DNA of 63,262 nt, the filler included, from Streblomastix strix (Eukaryota): NCBI GenBank assembly GCA_008636045.1. It is 3 parts of 3 records of this genome, joined end to end, with 100 filler letters (N's around TTAATTAATTAA, not from the genome) between each part and the next. Parts side by side here need not be neighbours in the genome. Positions count along the whole stretch, not along the records: positions 21,176 to 42,185 come from SNRW01000401.1; 2 more parts are not named here. One strand, written 5' to 3'. Positions within the stretch are counted from its first letter, which is position 1, and the number at the start of each line of letters is the position of its first letter. Under the pieces are notes generated by a model that worked only from the letters and a program-made list of their open reading frames with translations, ran no database searches and was not told the origin of the DNA. Below are positions 25,809 through 38,970 of this stretch, piece by piece. A program made the translations under genes and the position numbers.

Positions 25809-28800
25809 ATGAATACTTAAAACGATTAAGATTGGCAGATTCCAGTTGAAGATTAATAATTAACAGATATTGTAGAAAACTGTCAACTAGATTCTATACA
25901 TTAATATTTTGAAGAAAGAAGTAGTACATTGAATGAAAGCTAATTTATTAAATGTTTTAAAACAATTCTAGCAGATTATTTATTTGATGAAATGAAATTG
26001 TGATAATATTTCCATTAAATTGATGGTGAGAATTAAAAATCTGGTTTGTTTATTAATAAAGAAATAACATTTATTGCATTTGATGTTTATTTTCCTTTAA
26101 TTAGTTTCATGGAATGATTTCACTCGATATTTTACTTAACAATTTAGACTTCTATCAGGAGAAGAAGATAACAATGTATTATATCATTTTTTTATTTACA
26201 ATATTCTTTCCTTTACGATTATATTCAAAAGGTTGAACCACTTTATGAACCAATAGATGCATCATTTGTGCATGATATAAAGCAAAATGATTTTCACAAA
26301 AATTATATCTCATCATTAAATTATCTTCCACTCTAAAATGTCTTTATCACAACGGGGTATGATTTATGTTTATAATTAGTATATTCATGCTATTTCCTAA
26401 TTTTATTTATTATAGAACAGATGGACTTGCAAAAATATGGTCTGGAGATCTTAGTACTAGTTAAGTAATATGTACTATAGATCATGTCCAATCTTTATAG
26501 ACTTAAGCAACACGAGGTGAAGTAGATATAATTGAATAGATAAAAGCAAATGATGATGAAGAGAGGGCTAAGAATATACGATCATAAATTGGCATCAACT
26601 CTGATTAATATTAAAATGCATCAATATCTATCAATTCATCGAAATAGTAAAATGACAAGAATATTAGCGAATCAATCCCGAAATAAAAATCTCAACAATC
26701 AAATATAGCAATGCATCTAGGACGTCCACGTCCTGGCTAAAATATATCATAAACTGTTGAAAAAGAATAAACTTAAGAAGATACTAAAGACAAAACATAG
26801 AAGAACTTAACATTCGAGAATTATCGACTTAAAAAAGCAAGTTAAACTAAAGATAATCGTATGGCTAATTATGCGAATGCGATTAAAGGAGCATTTGACA
26901 TGAAGGATCATGCAATACTATATAAACTATATGCAGATACACCAGCTACGAGTAATACTATACTTAAGAAATTCTTTTCACCAGGAGTTAATATAAGTCA
27001 TTCAAAAAAATACTCTTTGCCAACTTTTGAATGAAGAGTTGAAGCTGAGCACAATAATCGTGGTTATATAAATACTCCTGCAGATGCTCGGCTTTAATTG
27101 GAAAATAAACGCAAGAGAGAATCAGGAATTATTTCTACTAAGAAAAACGATAATGAATTTTTCAATGAAGAAGTTGAAGATGAAGATTAATTTGATAATA
27201 GAATGCATAATGTTATGATGAATGCTATGAATAGACCTCTTGTAAAAATGCTTACTTAAAAGAAATCAGAAAATTCAATTGCGACACAAAGATTAATTAA
27301 TTCGGCACAGCTAACATTTAGAAATAAAACTTTCCTTTAAAGTTAAACAAATTAACAAAATTATTTAATCAATACGTAATCTCCTTTATATAATTCACGG
27401 ACATCGTTTAACTTTAGATAAAATAGAAATAGTCTAACATCACGTGGTTAAGCTGCTGATAATATTAAAATTAATTAGTAATCAATACCCTAATAAACAA
27501 AATATGTAAAATAACAAATAATACCCATTTCGTAACAAACAAACTCCATTTCATAGTAAAATATCAATATTTCAAATATATCAACTCCAAGTTAACAATA
27601 ATAAATTAATATTTAAATTTCAGATCAAATCTCTGGCATATCCGATGAAAATAGAGAAAATTAAAATAAAATATCTATAAATAACGATGAAATTATATCT
27701 ATTACCAATACGGATAATATAACTTAAAGAACGTTTAATGATAAGCCTTGTATAAAATCGATATTGGACTAATAATCTAGCATTGGACTATCTCCTGGAG
27801 AACCTTCAATTATTTAATCTAAAACAAGTGCATTGATTCAAAATGAAAAAAGATTCCTTAATCGATTAACTAATCATCACATTGTTAAACCACAAAAGAA
27901 AAGTAATTTAGGTAATTAGTATACTCAGAATTAGGGAATGATGATTGAACATGTAACTTCTGACAAGATATGGATTATTTCTGTTGTTGTATTTCCTTCA
28001 AATGGCTGGTTTGGATTAATAAGCAGGTATAATAATGTAATTAATATTGACTATTTCTGAATATATTTTTTTGATTTTCGAATTTAAATTTTATTTAATA
28101 TATTTTGTATATAATTCTTCATTATATTTTCTTTCATTTCTAAATAAGCGATCGATCAATTTCATTTTATTAACCAGATCGCTACTTACCCAAAGGAAGA
28201 TTACGCAATTTGGATTCAATGCCTCAATGTGCTTGTGTGATAGGAAGCAAAGAATCATGGAATAAAAGAGAAATGCTTTTAATAGGTAGAAAAGATGGAG
28301 TAATCGATATTATATCAATTACTGAGGGAATTATGACAATGACAGCAGATCTTTCATCAAGAAAAGATCGAAGTTTATTAAATGCTAAATTGAAAGAGAA
28401 AAATGATTATATAAATTTACCAGATTAAGAAGAAGAAAATATTGATGAAGATGAAAGAAGAAAACGAAGATTGAATGCGATTAAAATTCTAGAAAAAGAA
28501 TAAAGAAAATTAATTGATGAAGAAGAAGAGGATGAAGATGAAGATTAAGATGAAGAACAAAAAGAAAGATAATTGACTCCTTCTTCAAGATATAATGATG
28601 ATAAGACTAATACTTAAATAAAATCTATTAAACATTCAAGTAGTATAATTTTATCACATTCATAAAATAATAATATAGAACAATAATAAATTTAATTTTA
28701 AAAGCATCAATTAAATGATAAAGGGACAAAATTAAAATTAGATATTAACAAAATTTAATCATTAGAAATTTGTCCTCCATCATCATCATCAGAATCTTTA

Positions 28801-31800
28801 TCATCAAATGAATATTTATTATAAAATGAATTTTCTTTCCAAAAATCAAATTCATAATTTCTCCAAAAATCAAATTCATAATTTCTCCAAAAATCAAATT
28901 CATAATTTCTCCAAAAATCAAATTCATAATTTCTCCAAAAACAAACATTGAGTAGTAAGCGAAAGAGATGGAAATGGATGTTATTTAATGAAGATATATA
29001 GAAGACAATTATATTCACACCTCGTGTATTGATGAAATTTAATTAGCAAAACAAAATAAAAGCTCGAGTAAATAGTAGAAATGATAATAAAAAGCGTCAA
29101 ATTAAAGCATATAATCTCATTTCTGGCATGAATGCAGATGAAACTAAAGAACTTGAAAAATATAATGATGAAGATCGAGATATGATAATGAAGGAATAAT
29201 TGATTCGCCTGAGACATAAAGGTGAAATTAGTGCTCTCCGAGCTCACAATTCAAATATTACTCGTATTATGAATATAATTGAATTAAATTAAGTGCTTAC
29301 TTGTTCATTAGATTCTGTTCTTCGTCTTTGGGATCTTGATCATATGGAAGCAAAATGGACAATGAAAGGAGGTCATAATAACAAAGGAATTACATGTTGC
29401 TGTTGGAGCTCTAATTATAAAGTTGTTGTAAGTGGAGGTATTGATTATAATCTTTGCATATGGGATGCATTACAACACAAAAAAATAGTTATTCTTCATG
29501 GACATACAAGTATTGTAATTGACATTTGTATCGATGACCATTCAGGAATGATAATTTCAGTTGGAAATGATGGAATGATTCGCATTTGGGACTTATTAAC
29601 AAACTTATGTGTCTAGAAACTTAGCTCATATGACATTAGTTGTGGTTTCACTTTCAGAAAGATAAGCTATTTCAAACCATCAGGAGATATACTTCTCGCA
29701 AGTAAGCGTTTAAATGGATGGCGTCATACATCGATGATGGGAAAGAATATTTCAGCTCATAAAGATGATGTTATAATTCTTTTATTCAATCCTGTATTCG
29801 AATAACTGATCAGCATAGACTTACTAAATGTGATTAATGTTTGGGGAGTAAGATCAGGTCGTAATATATTCCGTTTCAAAGCTAAAAGCAGTGGTTCAAT
29901 AACTTGTGCCTGTTTTGATTTGATGGGACGCAAATTATTTACAGGAGATACAAATGGTATTATATAGATGTATAATCCAAGTTAAGGAAAACTTCTGAAG
30001 GAATTCTCATAAAAAGGTGAATAAGCAAGACGTACAACATTGAGTAAAGATATGAATAATAACTCATTGGATAATAATATTGATTAAGAAACCGATTTAA
30101 AATATTCACATACTAGTAATTTTACTGATAAAATAAAAAATGCTTAATCTAAAGTTGATTCAACTGGATTAATTATTTCATTGGGGATTTAAGAAAATAA
30201 AGTTAAGAATTAAGATTCTGATTTAAATAGGAATTAATCAAATGATTATCCGAATCTTAATGTAATTAACCATCTTTGCGTTGGTTCAACGAGATTTGTT
30301 TAAGAATAAATAATGTCTGTTGGATCAAATAAATAAATTAGAGCAATTGACAATGCAAATAATTCAAGTTTTTAAAATTCTTCAGAAAAAGTATTTCATG
30401 GGCCTTATCATTCGTATCATGGATAAAATATACGTTGTGCTGCATTTTAACCACCGGATAATCTTGCTGTATGTGATGATGATGGTAATCTAATTCTTTG
30501 GAATTCAGAAACTGGTTATATAAAATAATCCTTACGTTAAGGTGAAGATTAAAAGTAAGAAAATGATGATAAGAATGGAAATGGTATCATTAATGAAAGA
30601 CGCATCAATGAAAAATAATACTAGAATGATAATTTAAAACCTTCTAAGAAACATATGAGTAAAAGAGAAATATTATTAAATATTAAAAAATAAAGTATGC
30701 AAAAATCACCATAGAATCATTCTCAATTATAAGAGAAATAGAATGCTTTAAAAACAGAAGCAACAAAAAAAGAATCATTGGATATTGAAATGATGTTAAA
30801 TCCCAAAGCCATTGTGATGTAAGTTGTGTTTGTAGCAGAATATCGGGGTCTTCTTCTTACGCACAGTTTAGATGGATGTATAAGAGTCTGGTCTTTAAAA
30901 CATGCAAGTGAACTTCTTTCACTACAAACTGGACATAAACAAGGAATAATGTGTGTAAATTCTTGGAATTAAAATGAAGCTGAAGTACAAAAATGGCATG
31001 ATAGCTATGAATGGGAAAAAGCTTAAGAATAAAGATTACTTGAAAGAAAAGTTGAAGGATTTGATGAAAATTACTTAAAAGAAACAGAAGAATGGGAGAA
31101 TGAATGTTATTTTAATAATCAGATTATTTCATAAATGAAGACAAATAATGGCGAATTACATGAAGATTACATTCAATAATAAAATTAACAGCATGAAAGT
31201 TTGAATTATTGGGTTTAAAATGGAATGGGACCTGGAATTGGAGATGCTGCTACAGCTGCATATTTGGCATTTGCAGGAGCTTATTCAGAAGTTATGATTC
31301 TAGATTTGAAGTAACTGATGTAAATTGCAAGAAAATAGGAGTAAAAACTTAATATTTTTTAATAGAACTTAAATAATGAAGAATAAACAGCAATAGAATC
31401 TCATGGTTCAAATACATTGAAAAGTAGTTAATTGGTTATGAATTCATTTACTGATACAACTAATTTTAGTTCCAAAACTTTGAATGATTAAATTAATCCT
31501 TTGCAGATGCATTTTTCTCAAATATTATTGCACTACTGGCGAGCTAAAACATAGAAAGATCATATATCTTCAATTACGTTTATAAAGATAAATGGATTAT
31601 CAATGTAGAAAAAGAAAATCGAGGAAAGATTAAAAAAGAAAAGTGAAAATAATATTTCTTTAATTCTTAATCAACAAAATCTCATTTCGGAGAATTAATC
31701 TGTAGGCAAGCTTCTACTTCCAGCTCATCTTTGCTATCCACCATCAGCATAAGAAGTCTTTTATGATTAATCTCAAACATTAAGAAATGAAAAAGAGATA

Positions 31801-33735
31801 GAAAAATAATAATAGATGATAGATAAAGAATTTGAAAAATAATTGACATGTCCCATAGATAATAATTCATTATTTTTAGCTTGTGCGATTGATAAATTTA
31901 TTATGCTTTTCTCATTAGATGGAGCACTTCTTGGATCTTATGGCGCTCGAGTTCTTAATAAACCGTCATCCATAAAACAAAAACTTACAAACGATTAAAC
32001 AACTTCTGATAATTCTAAAGAATAAGAAATAAATGAAGCAACAAATAATAATCAGGATAAAGAAGGTGAAAAAATAAAAGAATTATAGAATAATGATATA
32101 AATATGAAACAATTAAATGAAATTTAAGCTCCTACAAATTAAGAAACAATAAATGAAAAGTAGTTACCTAAATCATCTTCACAAATCGACTTAAAACGCA
32201 AAATAAATACTCTTTAAGTGAATCCCAAAGATTATATAGTACAACCACCTCTCTGGTAAGTATTAAATAATATTCCCATAATTCCGTTAGATGATAGAAA
32301 ACTTATTCGTTTAAAGGAAGAAGACCTTCCTGAATATTTATAAACGATCCATATTAGACTTCCACAAAATTAAAATCTAAAGGGATCAACATCATAAGAA
32401 AGATATTTATCAAGGATTAATACCAATCATAGTTTGAATTTAGGAAAGATAAGCAATTATAATACTCTTCGCAAAATGTCATAAACATTAAATTTTCATG
32501 ATTTAAAAGAATAAAACAATATGATACAAAATGATGAAATAGAAACAATTAAAGAAGAAAAGTAAGCGAAGACAAAAAATAAAAATTAAATAAAAGATAC
32601 TAAATTGATTCAAAATAGTAATATTGAAAATAAAGAGAACTAAGATAACATCAAACAGTAAATCCACAATTTAGGCACAATGAAATTGATGGAAAGCAAA
32701 CAATTAGATGAATTTTTTGAAGATAATTCTTTATAGAATCATAAATTGCTCTAACCATAAATTCAGTATAATCGATATGAAAATAATATTAATTTCAAAT
32801 AATAATAGAAATTTGATCCGGCAAAAATAATAGAAAAACGGCGTGAGAAAATGCGTTATATTGTAATAAAATAAAAATTTGATAATGCAACTTTTAATGA
32901 TTAGTAAGATAGAGATTAGTAAAACAATCGTTCCGTATCTCCAATGCCACCTGTTTCTATTTCGAGGAACGAATCACCTGAATTAATCCGATTTCAAAGT
33001 TCTCCATTTTAATTGAATTAATAAACATAATAAAATTTAAACCCATCACTTATTCCGTAAAATTTTCATAAATACATTTAACAGAATCAGAATGTTAGTT
33101 CCTCACAAGATGGAAGTGAAAGTCCAGATTGGGAAAATGATTCAAATTTACTGAAAAGTTTTGATATTAGTTCTTCACTACTAATGCAGAGTGATAGATG
33201 CTTTTAAATACCAAAATCATAGCGATAAGCAGAAGAAGATAGAATGATTCGTGAAAATTAAAGATAATTAAATTCTCATGATTAATCCTAAAATGCATAA
33301 TAAATTACTTAAAAATGGACTCCATAATCTACAAGAAGTATAACTCATTCCTTTTAATCCAAAAAAAATGATAATCCAATTTATGAATAAAAATCCATCA
33401 CACCAGAAAAATAATCAACTTCACCTTCACTTCAATAAAATCTTATTTAGTAGCTCTCATAATTACAACATTTAAGACTTGACTTGAATGATGGTGTATT
33501 ATTAAGCTCTATTCATCATTCTGTTCCTTCTCTTTCTCCAAAATTATAATAGCTATTCATTAAGTAGAAGATCGAAGATCAATATACCAGAATGAATGTA
33601 TTTAAACCAAATAATTCAAATTTGTATGATGAAAATGAATAATTTTCATATATTAATGGGACAAATTAAGAATCGACTGGATAAGAAACTAATATCAGCA
33701 GTTCATCAAACTGGGATCAAAATGAGTAATTCTGA
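25809..33735 (+). CDS. Giant EF-hand-like + WD40 protein (WDR49/WDR64/EFCAB8-type architecture), about 2500 aa, with two internal in-frame TGA
   Basis: ATG 25809. N-terminal LNESQFIKCF...KL*QYFHQIDGENQKSVSWNDF; WD repeats LTCSLDSVLRLWD, SGGIDYNLCIWD, GHTSIVIDI..SVGNDGMIRIWD. Introns at 26044-26104, about 26176-26231, about 26358-26416 and about 28027-28148. Internal TGA at 26001 and 27032; terminal TGA 33733 with a second at 33742. Confidence 0.8.
28839..28941 (+). repeat. Coding 24-nt tandem repeat (CCAAAAATCAAATTCATAATTTCT x4+) encoding QKSNSQFL
   Basis: Four exact copies with no spacers, in frame within the EF-hand/WD40 gene. Confidence 0.9.
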
Positions 33736-33946
33736 AATAGATGATAATGTTTAATAATTGAAATCAACATTATAAAAGTGAATTAAATTTATATCAACTT
33801 TTTATTGTTTATTATTGTTAAATAAAAAACTTTTACTTTTAGAATTATTTATAAAATAAAGTTATTAAGTAAATTGAAATAATCTCATTCTAAGTGTTAA
33901 TTTATAGTAATATTCAAATGAAACTTTGATCTTTTTTGTTGTATCA

Positions 33947-36900
33947 TCAACTTTAATTTTATGAGGTGAAAGAATTTAATGTACTAGAATTTGGTTAATA
34001 ATATTAAATAGCTGGAGAACGAGAAGGAATTTTTGGTGAACGCGATCTCCTGTTTGATTGAAATGAATTATTTTGTAAGAATGCTTACTGTTAAGTTTAA
34101 ATGAGAGATGGTTATTGGTCATATAACAACTATTGAGGTGATCTACTGCTTCTAATATTATTGAAGTAAGAATTAGGAGGTGGAGGAGGTGCCTAAATTT
34201 ATTAAATAGGTTAAATACCATATTGAGATTAACTCAAATTTGTGTGCTGAAGGATTTGGGGATGGACGAAAGTACTTGACATTGTATTGATTGGCTAAAT
34301 ACCATATTATGGATATTGAGGAAGAAGAATATTAAAATCTGATGTATTATTGTTAATTACATTTCCATCTTAACTTCTGTTTCGTCTTATCTTATTCTAT
34401 TAATTGTTTGTTTATCTATTAATGTTCTATTGTCTATTAAGATTAAAGTGAACTTACTCATCATTCTAACTTTCTTCAAAGTTATTTCCATAATTATTTA
34501 AATTATTTTTAATAATATTCCTGATTATTGGCCCATCATCCGGCTCGTTTTTTTTATTGTTTTAAATTCGAAAATTGAACCAATCTATAAAGACAGTCAA
34601 TAAACATTGCATAAGAACACCAACACTAAATAGAAGAAAAATTGTAAGATTGTGTCTAGAATTAATTTCAATGTTTCCACTTGCTTTGCATCCTGTTATT
34701 ATGCCGCATAAATTATTTTAGTACTGTTATTTCGTTAATTAACTTCGAATTTTCAAATTCATAATTTGTTGCTGAATGATGAACTATTTTCGGTATGAAC
34801 ATCCATGATATAATAAGAGAATCCCAACTGCAGAAGTTATGATGCATGCCCATAAGTTAATCTAAGTGATTGATTCAAGAAAAGAAAATTTCAACAACAT
34901 TTTTTCAGATCCATCTTCAGATACAATCAATCTTCCACTTTATCTCCGAAGTTTGTGAATGTCTTTGGTTGTTTTTCTTGAATATACCCAACTTGTGAAG
35001 TAGATTACGCATAGTGGGATACCAATTTCAACAAAAAGGTTAATTGGAATTACAGAATAAGAAGAAAGAGCAGCAGAAAGAGGAGTAAAAGATTTGAATG
35101 CCTCCTCGTATCTTTGCTTTTCCTCAATATTGTCGTGAATTTTAGCTTCAAGTTACTTATCACTAAGTTTTCCAAAAATAAAGGTCATATATTATGCTGC
35201 TTTATGAACAACATTCAAATAATTCAGATTATAGTTATTTGAAGTATATGTAGCATGCATAGCTAAAACAAGTCCGAGCATGCCAATAAGACGCATAATA
35301 GACATAAATATTTCTAAAAATTACTTAGAACTATTATTTCTTCTATTTCTTATAATATCTGAAATTTCATTAATTTATAAAGATTGAGAGAAAGGTTATT
35401 ACTAACCATATTATTCAATATTTGATCCTAATATATTTCTTACAGTACCACTACTTTGAAATGCTCCCCATAAATTACGTTATGCTTACAAATTGAATTA
35501 TTCTTTTTATTGAGAGAAATAAACTCTTATTAGTGAGATTGAGATGAAGATAATTGTACATATGGATGTGAGAGAAATTACTGTTATTTTATATTTCCCA
35601 TCTTACAAGTTGTTGTTATCTTTATTTGATTAATCTGATTATTTTTGACTATTCTTATCTTATTCGAATTTTTTTAGGTTAAAATAGCCAAACCCAGAAT
35701 CTAATGAATCAGAATCATCATTTCCAATTTCATTACTGTATCCTTTCCTTTAATCTTTACCATAATCAGTGTTTGTATAAAGAGTAACATCAGTAATGAG
35801 TCTCGGGATGATAATTGTCTTCCCTCCAACAGTGGTCCCATTCTGAAATGGAGATTAGGAGAGAGAAGTGACCCAGAATGGAGAGGATCTCAGTGGAGAC
35901 TGTGCTGTGTATGAAGATGTAGAACCTGGTCTGGCATCTAAAGTTGGATCAAAGACTGATGATGAGTCTCCTAAGAAAATGATCAGAAGAAGGAGGAGTA
36001 TTAGGAATGATTGTGTATTGAGAGAGTGTAGAGCTTTTTAAAAGTCTATAATTGCATGGTTATGTTGTTCCTTTCCAAAGATAGAAATTAAATTTCTAAT
36101 ATTATCTGAGTTCTTTTCTGAATCGTTTTTCTTGCCAAACAACTTTCTGCCCTTCAAGCTCTCAAATATACTTTACTCCAAGTCAAAATTTGAATTTTCA
36201 GAATTTGAGTATATGTTCACATGTGTTAATATTGATATTGATATTAAATATATAGTCAAAATAATTGATATAAATACTTCAAGTCTCATAATCTTTATGT
36301 CCTCATAGCTGACAGATGTTTATTTTCCCAATTCTGTTTAAATCCATTACTAATTTTTTGATACAACGATGAATTCTAAGAATTGAATAATTTTCTTTAA
36401 AAATGTGAGTAAAGAATGTACTATAGTTAATTTCTGATACATTTATTCATCTTATGACCAAGCAAATAAAATTCCTGAACTAAAGCATAAAAGTAGCAAA
36501 ATGTAGGGAACTGAATCTACACTTATGCGACCATTAAAAAGATTCTACGAGAGAATTTTGTCTTATTCCCATCTTGCTATCTTTTCATTTCTTTTTTGCT
36601 CTTTCAGAAATTTAAGCATGTAAGAATTCTAATCAATTCCGGGATGATCAGTAATTTCTGATGGTATTTCATGTGTAAAGATCCAATTGAAAAATGATCC
36701 TATAATACGGTTGATTAATTAAGATGCAGAACGACAAGCTGTATTATGAAATAGCAAATAGATTGAAATAACAAATATAATGATCACGATTATGAATGTT
36801 ATGTCGAGTTACGCAGCAAATAGATTTATAAATTTGCTATTTGAAGCTCCAATGTTATTATTACTTGATTAAGACACAAGAAATATTTATTCAGATATTT

Positions 36901-38251
36901 TTGAAATTAAGTCATGGCCTGATCTAAAAGCAAAAACATGACATTAAACATGAGTGTAGAAAATTACAAAGAGAAGAAGTGGTGTTAGCAAAATCCCATT
37001 GTGATAAATTGCAAATCCAAAAAATAAGAAAACAATTCCAAGGAAGATCATAGCAGTGAATAAAATGAGAGGTTAGTAGATTTTAGATATAAATTATTAC
37101 ATCCTGTGACCTTTTCTTCCATTATTTTAATTAATGAAAAGTGTTTATTCATCTTTTTATTTGTCTTCTTCAATAATATTGAGACTTTTTTGCTTCACAC
37201 TTTTGAATTATAAACTATTTTCTAAATGCAACAATGCAAATTTCTAAGACCATTCACTTACTGATCTTATAGGTCCTCTGATTGAGAACAACCAAATAAA
37301 GAGCCTCCAACCTTCCTTGATTAATGAAGTTAATGTTGTATATATAAGTTGAATAATCTGAATTAAGAGCGGTTTTGAGTCAAAATTTGATTCCTAACTA
37401 AACTGAGAAGAATTTAGTTACTATTTAGATGATGATTATGGTTTTGATAGAAAAAGTGCTAATAAAATATCTTTTACCATATTGTAATACCATAGAATCA
37501 ATTCTTTGAATGAATTCCATATTTTAGATTATATCATTTGCAAATTGGATTAAATTATACGATCTTTTTCCAAATTAATTTGTTAGGTAAAAAATTCAAC
37601 TGGTGATGGATTTGTTTACTGAATCACAGGACTTGGTGAAAATGACATGAAAGTAAGAAGAGCAATCAAAATTGCATATGTAATATATCTCTAAATAGTA
37701 CTAAGTATAATATTTTTTCCAAGATTGACAGCTGTTGTTAATATAAATATCCTGGGGTATAAAAAATAATGATAAAATTGTATTTAATTTATATAAATAT
37801 CAAACCATATCACAAAAGGTACGCAAATTATTATGCCAAGAATAAGTGAAATAGGCCATTTGTAGATATTGCGTTGGTAAAATGTAATTTTGGAATTATA
37901 TGTTGGTAGAGAGCAATTACGGCGGCTAATTTTCAGTGTACGAAGATTGAACAATTCAAATTTATCTTCCTACATGCCTGGACCAGAGGTAGAAAAAACA
38001 TGCTCAGTCATATTTCCATATGCATCGCATAAGCTGTAGAATGATGCAGAAAATCCATCCAAAGTCCCTCCATTATCACCTGGCGAGATTTCAACAACAG
38101 AAAAAGCTGGAATTTCACAGTCCCATTCATCCAAGCCAACAATAGGGCCACGAACTGAGCAAATCTCATCATAGGAAATGCTTTACATCCGATTGAGTTA
38201 CTCTCGAGATATGAATAATACCAAGACCAAGATTAATATTTGAACTATCAT
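33947..38251 (-). CDS. Large multi-pass membrane protein with predicted signal peptide, 1416 aa, unknown family
   Basis: ATG 38251 MIVQILILVLVLFISR; one intron at 37752-37805; frame open with TAR=Gln to TGA 33947-33949 (followed immediately by a second TGA). Many hydrophobic helices separated by Q/N-rich loops. Confidence 0.8.
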
Positions 38252-38970
38252 AGCTTTCAATAAAACTCAATATAAAAATAGAATAAATAAAGTTTATTAT
38301 TCAAATGTAGCAGGTTATAACAATATAATCAATAAAAATTTAATGCTATATAATATTATTTACACATATATCAACTTTATTAGAATAAATATTATTAAAG
38401 AGCGCGTGTAAAAAATTGTTTTATTAATCACACTTAAACTCGGCAAATAATAAATGAATTACAACTCAATTATTAAAATTCGTTTAAAACTATTATTTAA
38501 GTGTAAAATGTTTGTATTTGAGCAATTTAAGTTTTTAATGCTTGAGAAATCGTCTACCAAGCTAATAGTTTCATACTTCTCATTCATATTGTATGCAATT
38601 TGTTATATTTTATTAGTCTGGTTAAAATAATTTGTTCAAATAGAATTGAAAGCTTCTTATTAGGGTTTTAGAATTTCTAGGGAATAGTCTGAATTTGATT
38701 GTTAAACATAAAAATTATAAATGGAAAAATAATTATATAAATTTTGAGGAAGAATTTGCATAATATTTACTAATCTATAGGCTAAAAACCGCTTTATTGT
38801 TTCAATTACAAAAATCGCCTTATTTACTTTATAATTATACAGTATCATTGTTTTATTACCTGAACAGACATTATATAATTTCATTTTTATTAACTACTAT
38901 TATTTTTATTTTTGATTTTATCATTAAATTACAAATTTTTTTCTTAACTAAAACTTTTCCAGATTCCAGC

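Noticed and set aside
28839..28941. 24-nt repeats as a CRISPR array
   Set aside because: No spacers, eukaryotic context, and the repeat is in-frame coding (QKSNSQFL).
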